Part shown: positions 1 to 8,617 of the stretch, one piece after another
Layout of the letters: the number at the start of each line of letters is the position of its first letter
Position numbering within the stretch: position 1 is the first letter of the stretch
Origin: Gemmatimonadota bacterium
Lineage (GTDB): Bacteria; JAAXHH01
Direction: 5' to 3'
Assembly (NCBI GenBank): GCA_009835325.1
Contig: VXWP01000080.1
Span: forward strand, 3,292-67,291
Length of the DNA stretch: 64,000 nucleotides
Made by a program: the position numbers and the translations under genes
The notes under the pieces: generated by a model
The model's input: only the letters and a program-made list of their open reading frames with translations
Told to the model about the DNA's origin: nothing
Databases searched by the model: none

Positions 1-317
1 GGGACGGCAAGTAGACCAGCCCCCTGGTCTACAGGTAGTGCCTGCCGTACGACGCACCGATTCAGTAAGCCCTCCAGTTTTTTTTCATTTTTTTTCAACG
101 TACAGGATTGCGTAACCCGCGCAGCGCCCGGTATATCGGAGCCGCTACGCCCTTACCGCGTTTCTGGCGCCATATAGTGTCATTTCGAAGGTGTTCCGTG
201 GCATATGGTGTCAACATATGATGTGTATCAACATATATATAGTCTTTTGTGCACATGGAGTTACGGAGTTTTCCTTATCCAAAGGTAAAGAAAACCGATG
301 TAAGTCCGATTTTTTTT

Positions 318-346
318 TTGACAATATGGGGGGCACAATGTAGTAT
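318..346 (+). promoter_or_regulatory. Putative sigma70-type promoter of the mra/dcw operon: TTGACA (318-323), 17-nt spacer, TAGTAT (341-346)
   Basis: Near-consensus -35/-10 hexamers with 17-bp spacing in an AT-rich leader, ~125 nt upstream of the mraZ ATG and immediately upstream of the MraZ boxes. Confidence 0.5.
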
Positions 347-347
347 A

Positions 348-372
348 GTGGGTAAAAGTGGGACAAAGTGGG
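348..372 (+). promoter_or_regulatory. MraZ operator-like triple direct repeat GTGGG-N5-GTGGG-N5-GTGGG
   Basis: Three GTGGG pentamers at 348-352, 358-362 and 368-372 with 10-bp periodicity, just downstream of the -10 and upstream of mraZ; matches the known MraZ binding architecture. Confidence 0.6.
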
Positions 373-469
373 TCACCGAACATCCTAACTGCCAAACACT
401 TGTGTAGTATTCTTGAATGATCACCTCACGTTAGGGTGTTTACTCCTTTGTATTTCAAGGAGATGACGG

Positions 470-910
470 ATGGTCAACTTCCTGGGATCATACACGCACA
501 CCGTGGATCACAAAGGACGGGTGAATGTCCCTGTGAAGTTTCGGAAGCACATCCGGACCGACGAGGACGATACGCTGATCATAACGCGGGGACTCGACGG
601 ATGCCTTTTCGTATATCCGATCGACGAGTGGGAGCAGATCGACACCCGATTGCGCGAACTGCCCGTCACGAAGCAGAACACGCGGGTATTCATCAGGATG
701 CTCTCGTCGGAGGCCGTGGCGGTTTCCATGGACAAGCAGGGGCGCATCGCGCTTCCCCGGCAACTGATCGAACGCGCCGGCATAGCATCCGAAGTGCTGA
801 TCGTCGGTACGCTTGACCACTTTGAAGTCTGGAGTCCCAAGGAATACAAGAAGGTGATGGACGAATCGGGACACACCTACGAAGAAATCGCGGAATCCCT
901 GTTCGTCTGA
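470..910 (+). CDS. mraZ: Transcriptional regulator MraZ
   Basis: 146 aa, two tandem MraZ half-domains (VDHKGRVNVP ... MDKQGRIALP). AAGGAG RBS 9 nt upstream; first gene of the dcw cluster. Confidence 0.9.
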   Translation: MVNFLGSYTHTVDHKGRVNVPVKFRKHIRTDEDDTLIITRGLDGCLFVYPIDEWEQIDTRLRELPVTKQNTRVFIRMLSSEAVAVSMDKQGRIALPRQLIERAGIASEVLIVGTLDHFEVWSPKEYKKVMDESGHTYEEIAESLFV

Positions 911-914
911 TCAT

Positions 915-1913
915 TTGAAGCCCATGGGCAAACGCAGCAGCGGAATAGTCATGGGTCTGGCAGATTCGTACATCCATGTTCCCGTTCTTGCCGGGGAAAT
1001 AGCCGATATGATCGTCTGGAACAGTTCGGGCACATACGTGGACGGAACCATAGGAGGAGGCGGGCACGCGCGCGCAATCATGGACAGGCTTGATGAATCC
1101 GGCCGGCTGATCGGGCTGGACAAAGACCTCGAAGCGGTCCGCGTGTCCAGGGCCAGGCTTGCGGGCGGCGGAACCCCTCGCGTGGAAATCATGCATCGTG
1201 ACTTTACGGAACTGGCGTCCGTGCTGAAAGCGGAACGCATCCCACGGGTGGACGGTCTGTTTCTAGACCTGGGCGTGTCATCGTACCAGATCGATACGCC
1301 CGGCCGTGGTTTCTCCTTCCAGTCCGAAGGTCCGCTCGATATGCGCATGGACCGGGGCGGGGCGCTGACGGCAGCCGATATCGTCAACGGGGGTTCCCGG
1401 GACGAAATCGAACGGATCATCGGGGAGTACGGCGAGGAACGGCAGGCCCGCAGCGTCGCGAACGCGATTGTCAGGAACCGCGCGAAGTCACCGCTGACCT
1501 CCACCACCGGGCTGGCAGAGACGATCAGGTCGGCGGTCCGCAGCAGATGGGCGGTCAAGTCCTGCGCCCGGGTGTTCCAGGCACTGCGCATCGCCGTGAA
1601 CCAGGAGCTGGACAGATTGAGAACGGCATTAGACAACCTGCTGCCGCTGTTGAGCGGCCGGGGTCGTTTCGGAGTCATATCCTATCATTCGTTAGAGGAC
1701 CGCATGGTCAAGCGTACGTTCGAAACCTGGGCTTCGGATTGCATTTGCCCGCCGGGTCTTCCGCAATGCGTGTGCCGGCACGAGCGCGTCGCCGTGATGC
1801 ACACCAGGCGGGCCGTCGTGGCTTCACGGGAAGAGGTCACGGCAAACCCGCGGGCCCGAAGCGCCAGGTTTCGTATGATCGAACGTTTGCCCGACGATCA
1901 ATCCGAACGCTGA
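915..1913 (+). CDS. rsmH: 16S rRNA (cytosine1402-N4)-methyltransferase RsmH (MraW)
   Basis: HVPVL N-terminus, SAM-binding GTIGGGGH and LDLGVSSYQ motifs. Alternative start at ATG 951 (MGLADS) fits family length better. Confidence 0.9.
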   Translation: MKPMGKRSSGIVMGLADSYIHVPVLAGEIADMIVWNSSGTYVDGTIGGGGHARAIMDRLDESGRLIGLDKDLEAVRVSRARLAGGGTPRVEIMHRDFTELASVLKAERIPRVDGLFLDLGVSSYQIDTPGRGFSFQSEGPLDMRMDRGGALTAADIVNGGSRDEIERIIGEYGEERQARSVANAIVRNRAKSPLTSTTGLAETIRSAVRSRWAVKSCARVFQALRIAVNQELDRLRTALDNLLPLLSGRGRFGVISYHSLEDRMVKRTFETWASDCICPPGLPQCVCRHERVAVMHTRRAVVASREEVTANPRARSARFRMIERLPDDQSER

Positions 1914-1948
1914 AATCCGCACCACCTATTTCGACCGGAGAGGCCGAC

Positions 1949-2371
1949 ATGAAATCCGCATTCAGATTCTGCAGCGACCATCCGTACATGGGACAGTTGT
2001 TCAGCTGGATCGGTATGATCGCGCTCGTCACGTCGCTGAGCATGTTCTACATCTGGCACCAGGATGTAACCAGGACGCTGAAGCGGGAGATCCTTCAACT
2101 GGAGCACCAGAAGGAGGCGATGGAAAAGAAAAGCGCCTACCTGCACGTGCGGATCGTTCGGCTCGCGGAACAGCTCCGGAACGAAACCGTGGCCATGCAA
2201 CGTTTCGAACTGGAACACGCGGCGGTAGGACAGGTCGTGGTCATGGACGCGGTGGACACGGCCGTGGCATTGGCCGGCACCGAGCCCGATGTAAGGGCGA
2301 TCGCGGGAAAACCTTCGGAAGACGCATTGATCCTCGCCTCGTTCCGAACGGCTCGAGTGGATACCCGATGA
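1949..2371 (+). CDS. ftsL: Cell division protein FtsL-like (single TM plus coiled coil)
   Basis: 140 aa: one TM (IGMIALVTSLSMFYIW) followed by a heptad-like coiled coil. Sits between rsmH and ftsI; GGAGAGG RBS. The ORF track's longer 1547 start overlaps rsmH and is rejected. Confidence 0.65.
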   Translation: MKSAFRFCSDHPYMGQLFSWIGMIALVTSLSMFYIWHQDVTRTLKREILQLEHQKEAMEKKSAYLHVRIVRLAEQLRNETVAMQRFELEHAAVGQVVVMDAVDTAVALAGTEPDVRAIAGKPSEDALILASFRTARVDTR

Positions 2372-2383
2372 GGAACACCCGAT

Positions 2384-4462
2384 ATGGTCGCGAAATCCTG
2401 TATGCGCAGACTGACCCTCCTCTTCGCGATCGGTATGTTGCTGTGTGCAGGTCTTGGATATCGAATCGCCCTGATACAGATTCGCGACGGCGAGACCTAC
2501 AGGCAGCGAGCGCGTGATCAGCAGCACAGGGTCGTCACCATCGATCCCCGCCGGGGCCGTATCTTCGATCGAAACGGGAACACGCTGGCGCTGAGCGTCG
2601 AGTTCGACTCCTTCGGCATCCAGGATCTCGACAGGGCCCGGCTCAATAGCGCCGACGTCGGCAACCTGGCCGTACAACTCTCCCAGATCACCGGCGAAGA
2701 TCCCCGGCATATCGTGGACCGGATTTCCGGATCCTCCGACTTCCGGTACCTGGTACGATGGGTGAATCCGGAGACCAGCGAACGGATAAGGAGTCTGTCC
2801 ACCTACCCCCGTTTCGAACCCTATATCCGCACGGAAAAGGAAGCCAGGCGGGTCTATCCCTACCGGACCGCCGCCGGCCAGGTCCTGGGATTCAGCGTCG
2901 ATGGTGCCGGACGGGCCGGGTTCGAAATGGAACATAACCGGCTGCTGTCCGGTATAGAAGGATACAGCGTAGTCCAGATCGATGCCCAGCGGCGGGCCTA
3001 TACGTGGCTGGATGACTACCAGAAGTCGGCGGAGAATGGCGCGGACGTCGTCCTGACGATCGATATAGCGGCCCAGGTCGCCGCAGAACAGGTGCTCGAA
3101 GAGGCGATCGCATGGCACGAAGCCGTTGGCGGCATGGTCATCATGATGGATCCGGGAAACGGCGACATACTGGCCATGGCCAGTTCACCGGATTTCGATC
3201 CCAACACGCCGGGCCGATTCCCATTCGAAGCCCAGAAGATCAGGCCTGTGGTAGACACCTACGAGCCCGGTTCGACGTTCAAGATCGTCGCGGCGACCGC
3301 GGCCCTGGAGACCGGCGCGTTCTCGCTCGAAGACCGGATCGATACGAGCGGAGGGCGGATCGAATTGGGTACCCAGACGATTTCGGACCACGACGTCTTC
3401 GATGAACTGACCGTGCGGGAAGTCTTCGAGCATTCCAGCAACGTGGGTACCGTGAAAATCGCCCTGGAACTCGGCGAGAAGACCTTTTACGAATACACCC
3501 GGTCATTCGGTTTCGGCATGAAGACGGGCGTCGCACTGCCGGGCGAGGTCAATGGGATCCTGCACAAACCGGCCAGGTGGTCCAGGTCGACGCTGCCCAC
3601 CATGTCCATCGGCTACGGGGTTTCCGTTACCGGGGTGCAACTGGCGGCCGCCTACTGCGCGGTGGCCAACGGGGGGCAGCTCCTGCAACCCCGGATCATC
3701 AGGTCCATCACGCGGAATGACGGTACGGTGGTGTCCTTTCCGAAATCCGTCGTTCGAAGAGTGATGAAGCCACAGACCGCAGAGACCCTGCTGAACGTAT
3801 TTACCGGGGTGGTGGACCGGGGCACGGGGACGAAGGCGGCGGTTCCCGGATTCAAGGTCGCCGGGAAGACCGGTACGGCCTGGAAAGCGCGTGAGGACGG
3901 CAGGGGGTACACCCGGAACTACCGGTCGTCGTTCGTCGGCATGTTTCCCGCGTCGGATCCGGAAATCGTCGTACTGGTCATGATCGACGAACCGAAGAAG
4001 CGCGGTTTCTACGGTGGATCCGTAGCCGCGCCCGTCTTCAATAAAATCGTTCGCCGTCTCGTCCATATGCCTGACGGCCCGGTGGAATCGATTCCTGAAT
4101 CCGATGACGGCCTGCCGCTGCACCTGGCCTCTATCGAACCGAATACCGCTTCGGATCGTGAATCCGAACTGTCCGACTGGTCAGGCCCGGGCTTCAGCGG
4201 ACCGATGCCTCGAGACCTGTTGCCGATTGACGACCGCTGGGTAATCGAGCGTTCCGGTTCCTTCACCGGGGCGGAGCGGGCCCGGATCGCACTGCCGTCC
4301 GTGATCGGCATGAGCGTACGGGAAGCCGTCAAGACCCTGGCCGAAATGGGCATCGAAGCAACCATAGTCGGTACGGGTTACGTCCGGCGCCAGATTCCGG
4401 CACCGGGCCACGGAGTCTATTCCGGTGATCGATGCATCATCGAATGCGGCCCATACAACTAG
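2384..4462 (+). CDS. ftsI: Peptidoglycan D,D-transpeptidase FtsI (class B PBP) with C-terminal PASTA domain
   Basis: N-terminal TM and PBP dimerisation domain; transpeptidase motifs STFK, SSN, KTGT; ~60-aa C-terminal PASTA-like segment (VIGMSVREAVKTLAEMGIEATIVGTG). Confidence 0.9.
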   Translation: MVAKSCMRRLTLLFAIGMLLCAGLGYRIALIQIRDGETYRQRARDQQHRVVTIDPRRGRIFDRNGNTLALSVEFDSFGIQDLDRARLNSADVGNLAVQLSQITGEDPRHIVDRISGSSDFRYLVRWVNPETSERIRSLSTYPRFEPYIRTEKEARRVYPYRTAAGQVLGFSVDGAGRAGFEMEHNRLLSGIEGYSVVQIDAQRRAYTWLDDYQKSAENGADVVLTIDIAAQVAAEQVLEEAIAWHEAVGGMVIMMDPGNGDILAMASSPDFDPNTPGRFPFEAQKIRPVVDTYEPGSTFKIVAATAALETGAFSLEDRIDTSGGRIELGTQTISDHDVFDELTVREVFEHSSNVGTVKIALELGEKTFYEYTRSFGFGMKTGVALPGEVNGILHKPARWSRSTLPTMSIGYGVSVTGVQLAAAYCAVANGGQLLQPRIIRSITRNDGTVVSFPKSVVRRVMKPQTAETLLNVFTGVVDRGTGTKAAVPGFKVAGKTGTAWKAREDGRGYTRNYRSSFVGMFPASDPEIVVLVMIDEPKKRGFYGGSVAAPVFNKIVRRLVHMPDGPVESIPESDDGLPLHLASIEPNTASDRESELSDWSGPGFSGPMPRDLLPIDDRWVIERSGSFTGAERARIALPSVIGMSVREAVKTLAEMGIEATIVGTGYVRRQIPAPGHGVYSGDRCIIECGPYN

Positions 4463-6056
4463 CCGTCCCAGCGCTCACCCCGAGCAGACGACGGCCCTGA
4501 GGGTCAAGACCTTGATACAGCTTTCCACACTACTGGACGCGCTGCCTCGCAAAGAGGTGATCCGCCCGCCGGGTCTGACCGGCCGTACCGGCCAGACTGA
4601 CCGGGCTGACCGGGCGGGCCGGGCTGACCAGGCTGACCAGGCTGGCCGGGAGATCGGCGGGATCGTCCATGACTCGAGGTCCGTTAATCCCGGCGACGTT
4701 TTCGTCGCGCTGCGCGAGCCGTCGGGCCGCGACGGCCACCGGTACGTTCGCGACGCGGTGGCGCGGGGCGCCTCGGTCGTGGTCCAGGAAAACGAAGAAC
4801 GCCTCGATGACGCGACCACGATAATCGTTCAGGACACCTCCAGGGCTTACGGCCTGATGGCTGCCGCGTATTACGGCCGGCCTGCGGACGACCTCTGCCT
4901 GGTCGGCGTCACGGGGACCAACGGCAAGACGACGGTGTCGCTGCTGGTCGAGGCCATCCTCCGGGAGCGCGGCCGGTCCGTGGGTGGCATCGGCACGCTG
5001 GGCAGCCGGTACATGGGCGAGATGCTCGATTGGAAGCTGAGTCACACCACGCCTTACCCGATGGAGCTTCACCGCACCTTAAGTGAGATCAGGGATCGGG
5101 GAGGTGAATGCGTCGTCATGGAAGTATCCTCCCACAGCCTGGCCTGGCAGCGACTGTCCGGCCTGCGGTTCAGCACGGGCGTCTTTACCAATCTGTCCCG
5201 TGAACACCTGGACGACCACAAGACTTTCGACGCTTACCGGGAAGCCAAGACGCTGCTTTTCTCCGAACTGCTCGACGAGGAGGGCACCGCTGTCCTCAAC
5301 ATGGACGATCCCGCCTTCGTGCATTTCAAGAACGCCTCGCGCGCGCGCGTCCTTACCTATGGACTGGACAAGAGAGCAGACGTCCACAGGGCGGGTCCGA
5401 TCGGATACCACGCGGACCGGACCACCCTTGCGGTGCAGGTGCGTTCCGATCCGCCGTTCAACGTGACGCTGCCGCTCCTGGGTCGATTCAACGCATACAA
5501 TGCCCTGGCGGCGATTTCCGTGGGGCTGGAGTTCGGCATCGACGGCGCGCTGATGAACCGGGCCGTATCCGGGATAAAGGTGCCCGGCCGGCTGGAACGC
5601 GTCGACGCCGGACAGCCGTTCAACGTGCTCGTGGATTTCGCCCATACGCCCGATGCGCTCGGTGCCGTGCTGTCGACCTGCCGGGAATGGACGCGGGGGA
5701 ACCTGACCGTCGTGTTCGGCTGCGGCGGGGATCGGGACCCGGGAAAGCGGCCCCTCATGGGCCGGGCGGCGTCCACCCATGCCGACGTTGTCATCGTGAC
5801 GACCGACAACCCCAGAACGGAACCGCCCGACCGTATCATACGGGATATCGAGCCGGGCCTCCTGCCCAACGTCCGCTCCCATATCGTCCAGGACCGTGGA
5901 GAAGCGATTCGGAAGGCCCTGCGCGAAGCGGGCGAAGGCGACACCGTGCTGATTGCCGGGAGGGGAGACACGGTCTACCAGGTCGTGGGCGATGCGCAGA
6001 TCGAGTTCGACGACCGGATCAAGGCCCGGGAATGCCTCGAGGCGCACTATGGATAA
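4425..6056 (+). CDS. murE: UDP-N-acetylmuramoyl-L-alanyl-D-glutamate--2,6-diaminopimelate ligase MurE
   Basis: DSRSVNPGDVFVAL, GVTGTNGKTT P-loop and DNPR motif (DAP-type). The ATG at 4425 overlaps ftsI by 38 nt; an alternative TTG start at 4512 lies downstream of ftsI. Carries a ~35-aa low-complexity insertion. Confidence 0.85.
   Translation: MIDASSNAAHTTSRPSAHPEQTTALRVKTLIQLSTLLDALPRKEVIRPPGLTGRTGQTDRADRAGRADQADQAGREIGGIVHDSRSVNPGDVFVALREPSGRDGHRYVRDAVARGASVVVQENEERLDDATTIIVQDTSRAYGLMAAAYYGRPADDLCLVGVTGTNGKTTVSLLVEAILRERGRSVGGIGTLGSRYMGEMLDWKLSHTTPYPMELHRTLSEIRDRGGECVVMEVSSHSLAWQRLSGLRFSTGVFTNLSREHLDDHKTFDAYREAKTLLFSELLDEEGTAVLNMDDPAFVHFKNASRARVLTYGLDKRADVHRAGPIGYHADRTTLAVQVRSDPPFNVTLPLLGRFNAYNALAAISVGLEFGIDGALMNRAVSGIKVPGRLERVDAGQPFNVLVDFAHTPDALGAVLSTCREWTRGNLTVVFGCGGDRDPGKRPLMGRAASTHADVVIVTTDNPRTEPPDRIIRDIEPGLLPNVRSHIVQDRGEAIRKALREAGEGDTVLIAGRGDTVYQVVGDAQIEFDDRIKARECLEAHYG
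4575..4646 (+). repeat. In-frame degenerate 9-bp tandem repeat (8 units) inside murE
   Basis: ctgaccggc/cgtaccggc/cagactgac/cgggctgac/... encoding LTG-RTG-QTD-RAD-RAG-RAD-QAD-QAG. The 3' 26 bp is the reverse complement of the QPG repeat at 28042-28067. Confidence 0.8.
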
Positions 6057-7470
6057 TCACAACGGTACGGAGGAGCCCACTCTGATGGAGATAGCCGGAA
6101 TCATGGGCGGCAGCCTGCACGTTCCGTCCCCGGCGCTTCGACGCAGCCGGATCACGGGCGTCTGTTCGGATACCCGGCGAATCGAGGCTGGCAATCTGTT
6201 CGTCGCGATTGCCGGCGAACGATTCGACGGTCACGACTTCGTACCCGATGCCATGCGCGCGGGTGCGTGTGCCTCCCTCGTCACGGACGACTGGCACGCG
6301 CGCCGGGCGGACCGGGAAGCCCCGGACGCCGCGCGAATCGTCGTACCCGCGGTAATTCCGGCACTGCAGGCTTTCGCGGGCTGGCACAGGAGGCGTTTCG
6401 ACCTGCCCGTAGTCGCGGTTACGGGCTCCAGCGGAAAGACCACCACCAAGAACATGATCGCCGCCGTGCTGGGAGAACGCTACCGGGTGTTCAAGACCCC
6501 CGGGAATCTGAACAGCCAGTTGGGCGTCGCCGAAGCCCTGTTTACCCTGCATGGAGATCACGGCGCCGCGGTGCTCGAACTAGGCATGAACCATGCGGGC
6601 GAACTGGACCGGCTGTCCCGGATGACCCGTCCATCCATCGGCGTGATAACCAACGTGGGGCCCGCGCATATCGAGTTCTTCGAGTCCATCGAAGGCATTG
6701 CCCGGGCCAAGGGCGAGATCCTCGACCACCTGCCGGAAGGCGGGAGCGCGGTGTTGAACGCCGACGACCTCCTCGTCATGAAGCAGGCCGGCCGCAGCCT
6801 TGCGCGGGTGGTCACCTTCGGCCGCAGCGCGGGTGCCGACGTCAGGCTGGCACGCGTAAGGACCGAGTTGTCCGGATCGGCCTTCACATTGTCGGACGGG
6901 GCTTCCTTTCGAGTAAACCTGATGGGGGAGCACCAGGTCATGAACGCTGCGGCCGCCGTGGCGGTGGGCAGGCTCTCGGGAATCGCCGACCAGGCCATCG
7001 CCCGTGCGCTGCGGAGCGTCGAGCCCACGCCCATGCGCATGGAATACAGGAAGGCGGGCGCCGTTCACCTGATAAACGACGCGTACAACGCCAATCCGTC
7101 GTCTATGAAAGCGGCCCTGGACGCACTGGCAACGGCCGAAGGACGTAAACTGGTCGTCCTCGGAGACATGCTGGAACTGGGCGACCTGGGCCGGGCGGCG
7201 CACCGGGATATCGGTAGGCGCGCCGCGGAGGTGGCGGAGCGGATCATCACGGTGGGAGAACTGGCCCGTGAGATCGCCGTGGCCGCGGTGGACGGCGGCA
7301 TCCCGGCTTCTCGCGTCGTGTCCTGCAGCTGCAACGACGAGGCCGCCGCCGCGGTACTGGCGGAAGTTGAAGACGGAGACGTGGTACTCGTCAAGGGATC
7401 GCGCGGCATGCGAATGGAAACCGTCGTGGAATACCTGGAGAAGTCGATCGGCCAGGGCGAAATGGGGTAA
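6050..7470 (+). CDS. murF: UDP-N-acetylmuramoyl-tripeptide--D-alanyl-D-alanine ligase MurF
   Basis: Mur ligase motifs (AVTGSSGKTTTK; DAYNANPSSM). Start at ATG 6050 (ATGGATAA overlap with murE stop) or ATG 6085; the track's 5953 start overlaps murE and is rejected. Confidence 0.85.
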
Positions 7471-7474
7471 GCCC

Positions 7475-8617
7475 GTGTTGCATCAACGTATTGATCTTCC
7501 ACTGCTGGTCTCGTCGCTGCTCCTGCTCTGCGTGGGCTCGGTCATGGTTTACAGCGCGAGTTCAGCCGTTGCCGCGGAGATGTTCTCCGGGGACAGCGGA
7601 TTCTTCGTTAAACGTTACCTGGTGCGGTTGATCCTCGGAATCGTCGTCCTGATCCTCTTCGCCAGCCTGAATTACCAGAAACTGCAGAAGTGGTCCCCGA
7701 TCCTGATCGTCATCGGCATGGGGTTTCTGGCCCTCGTATTCGTTCCCGGTATCGGGATGACCATCCGAGGAGCGTCGCGCACGATAAACCTGTTCTCCAT
7801 GACGATTCAGCCCGCGGAGGGGGTCAAGATCGCCCTGGTGATCTTCCTGGCCTACTGGCTGGCCAGGCGCCAGCACGTCATGGAACGGTTTTTCACCGGT
7901 TTTCTGCCCGTGCTGGCGGTGATCGGGGCCACCTGCCTGCTGATCGGCCTGCAGCCGGATTACGGCACCGCGATCGTGCTGGCCGCGACCGCCTTCGCAG
8001 TGCTCTATGTCGGCCGAGCCCGGTTACTGCACCTGGCAAGCGCCGTGGGGATCATGATCCCGGCCCTCTTCTACAAACTGTACTCGTCCGCGCACAGCCG
8101 GGGCCGGCTCATGACCTACTTCGAACGGTTTTTCGGCGATTCCGCCGATCAGGCCCAGAATTTCCAGGGCGCGGACTACCAGTTGCAACAGGCACTGATC
8201 GGCCTGGGCACGGGAGGCGTGTTCGGCAACGGACTGGGGCAGAGCCGGCAGAAGTTCCTTTTTCTTCCCGATCCCCATACGGATTTCGTGTTCGCGGTGA
8301 TCGGTGAGGAACTCGGGTTCCTGGGGTCGGTGGCGGTGCTGGGCCTCTTCGTCGTCTTCGCCTGGAGAGGGGTCCGCATCGCCCGCATGGCGCCGGACGC
8401 CTTCGGGTTTTTCCTGGCATCGGGGCTGACCATGCTCATCACGCTGCACGTGCTGGTGAACATCGGGGTGGTGACGGGCTTGCTGCCCACCACGGGCCTG
8501 CCGCTGCCGTTTCTGAGCTACGGAGGGTCCTGGCTGCTCGTCTGCATGATGAGTATCGGGATCCTGCTTAACATATCCAGAATGACCTACCGCCGTCAGA
8601 GACTGCAGTATGACTGA
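7475..8617 (+). CDS. ftsW: Peptidoglycan glycosyltransferase FtsW (SEDS family)
   Basis: Polytopic SEDS protein with hallmarks PDPHTDFVFAVIGEELG and GLPLPFLSYGGS. GTG start 5 nt after the murF stop. Sits where mraY/murD would normally be. Confidence 0.85.
   Translation: MLHQRIDLPLLVSSLLLLCVGSVMVYSASSAVAAEMFSGDSGFFVKRYLVRLILGIVVLILFASLNYQKLQKWSPILIVIGMGFLALVFVPGIGMTIRGASRTINLFSMTIQPAEGVKIALVIFLAYWLARRQHVMERFFTGFLPVLAVIGATCLLIGLQPDYGTAIVLAATAFAVLYVGRARLLHLASAVGIMIPALFYKLYSSAHSRGRLMTYFERFFGDSADQAQNFQGADYQLQQALIGLGTGGVFGNGLGQSRQKFLFLPDPHTDFVFAVIGEELGFLGSVAVLGLFVVFAWRGVRIARMAPDAFGFFLASGLTMLITLHVLVNIGVVTGLLPTTGLPLPFLSYGGSWLLVCMMSIGILLNISRMTYRRQRLQYD

Noticed and set aside
1-120. Hairpin AGACCAG-CCCC-CTGGTCT (14-31) and T runs (68-103) considered as a rho-independent terminator of an upstream gene.
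   Set aside because: The stem and T runs are ~50 nt apart and the GC stem is short. Nothing upstream of the window can be seen, so it is not called.
1898-3118. 406-aa minus-strand ORF antisense to ftsL/ftsI. Many similar long antisense or alternative-frame ORFs exist, e.g. 5079-6047(-), 12959-14308(-), 14184-15884(-), 15915-17318(-), 18113-19165(-), 20492-22129(-), 39101-41461(-), 44205-46577(+), 44671-47214(-), 33105-35561(+).
   Set aside because: Typical high-GC shadow ORFs: Arg/Pro/Gly/Ala-rich with low complexity, no recognisable domains and no RBS. Each is fully overlapped by a well-supported gene with conserved motifs on the other strand or frame.
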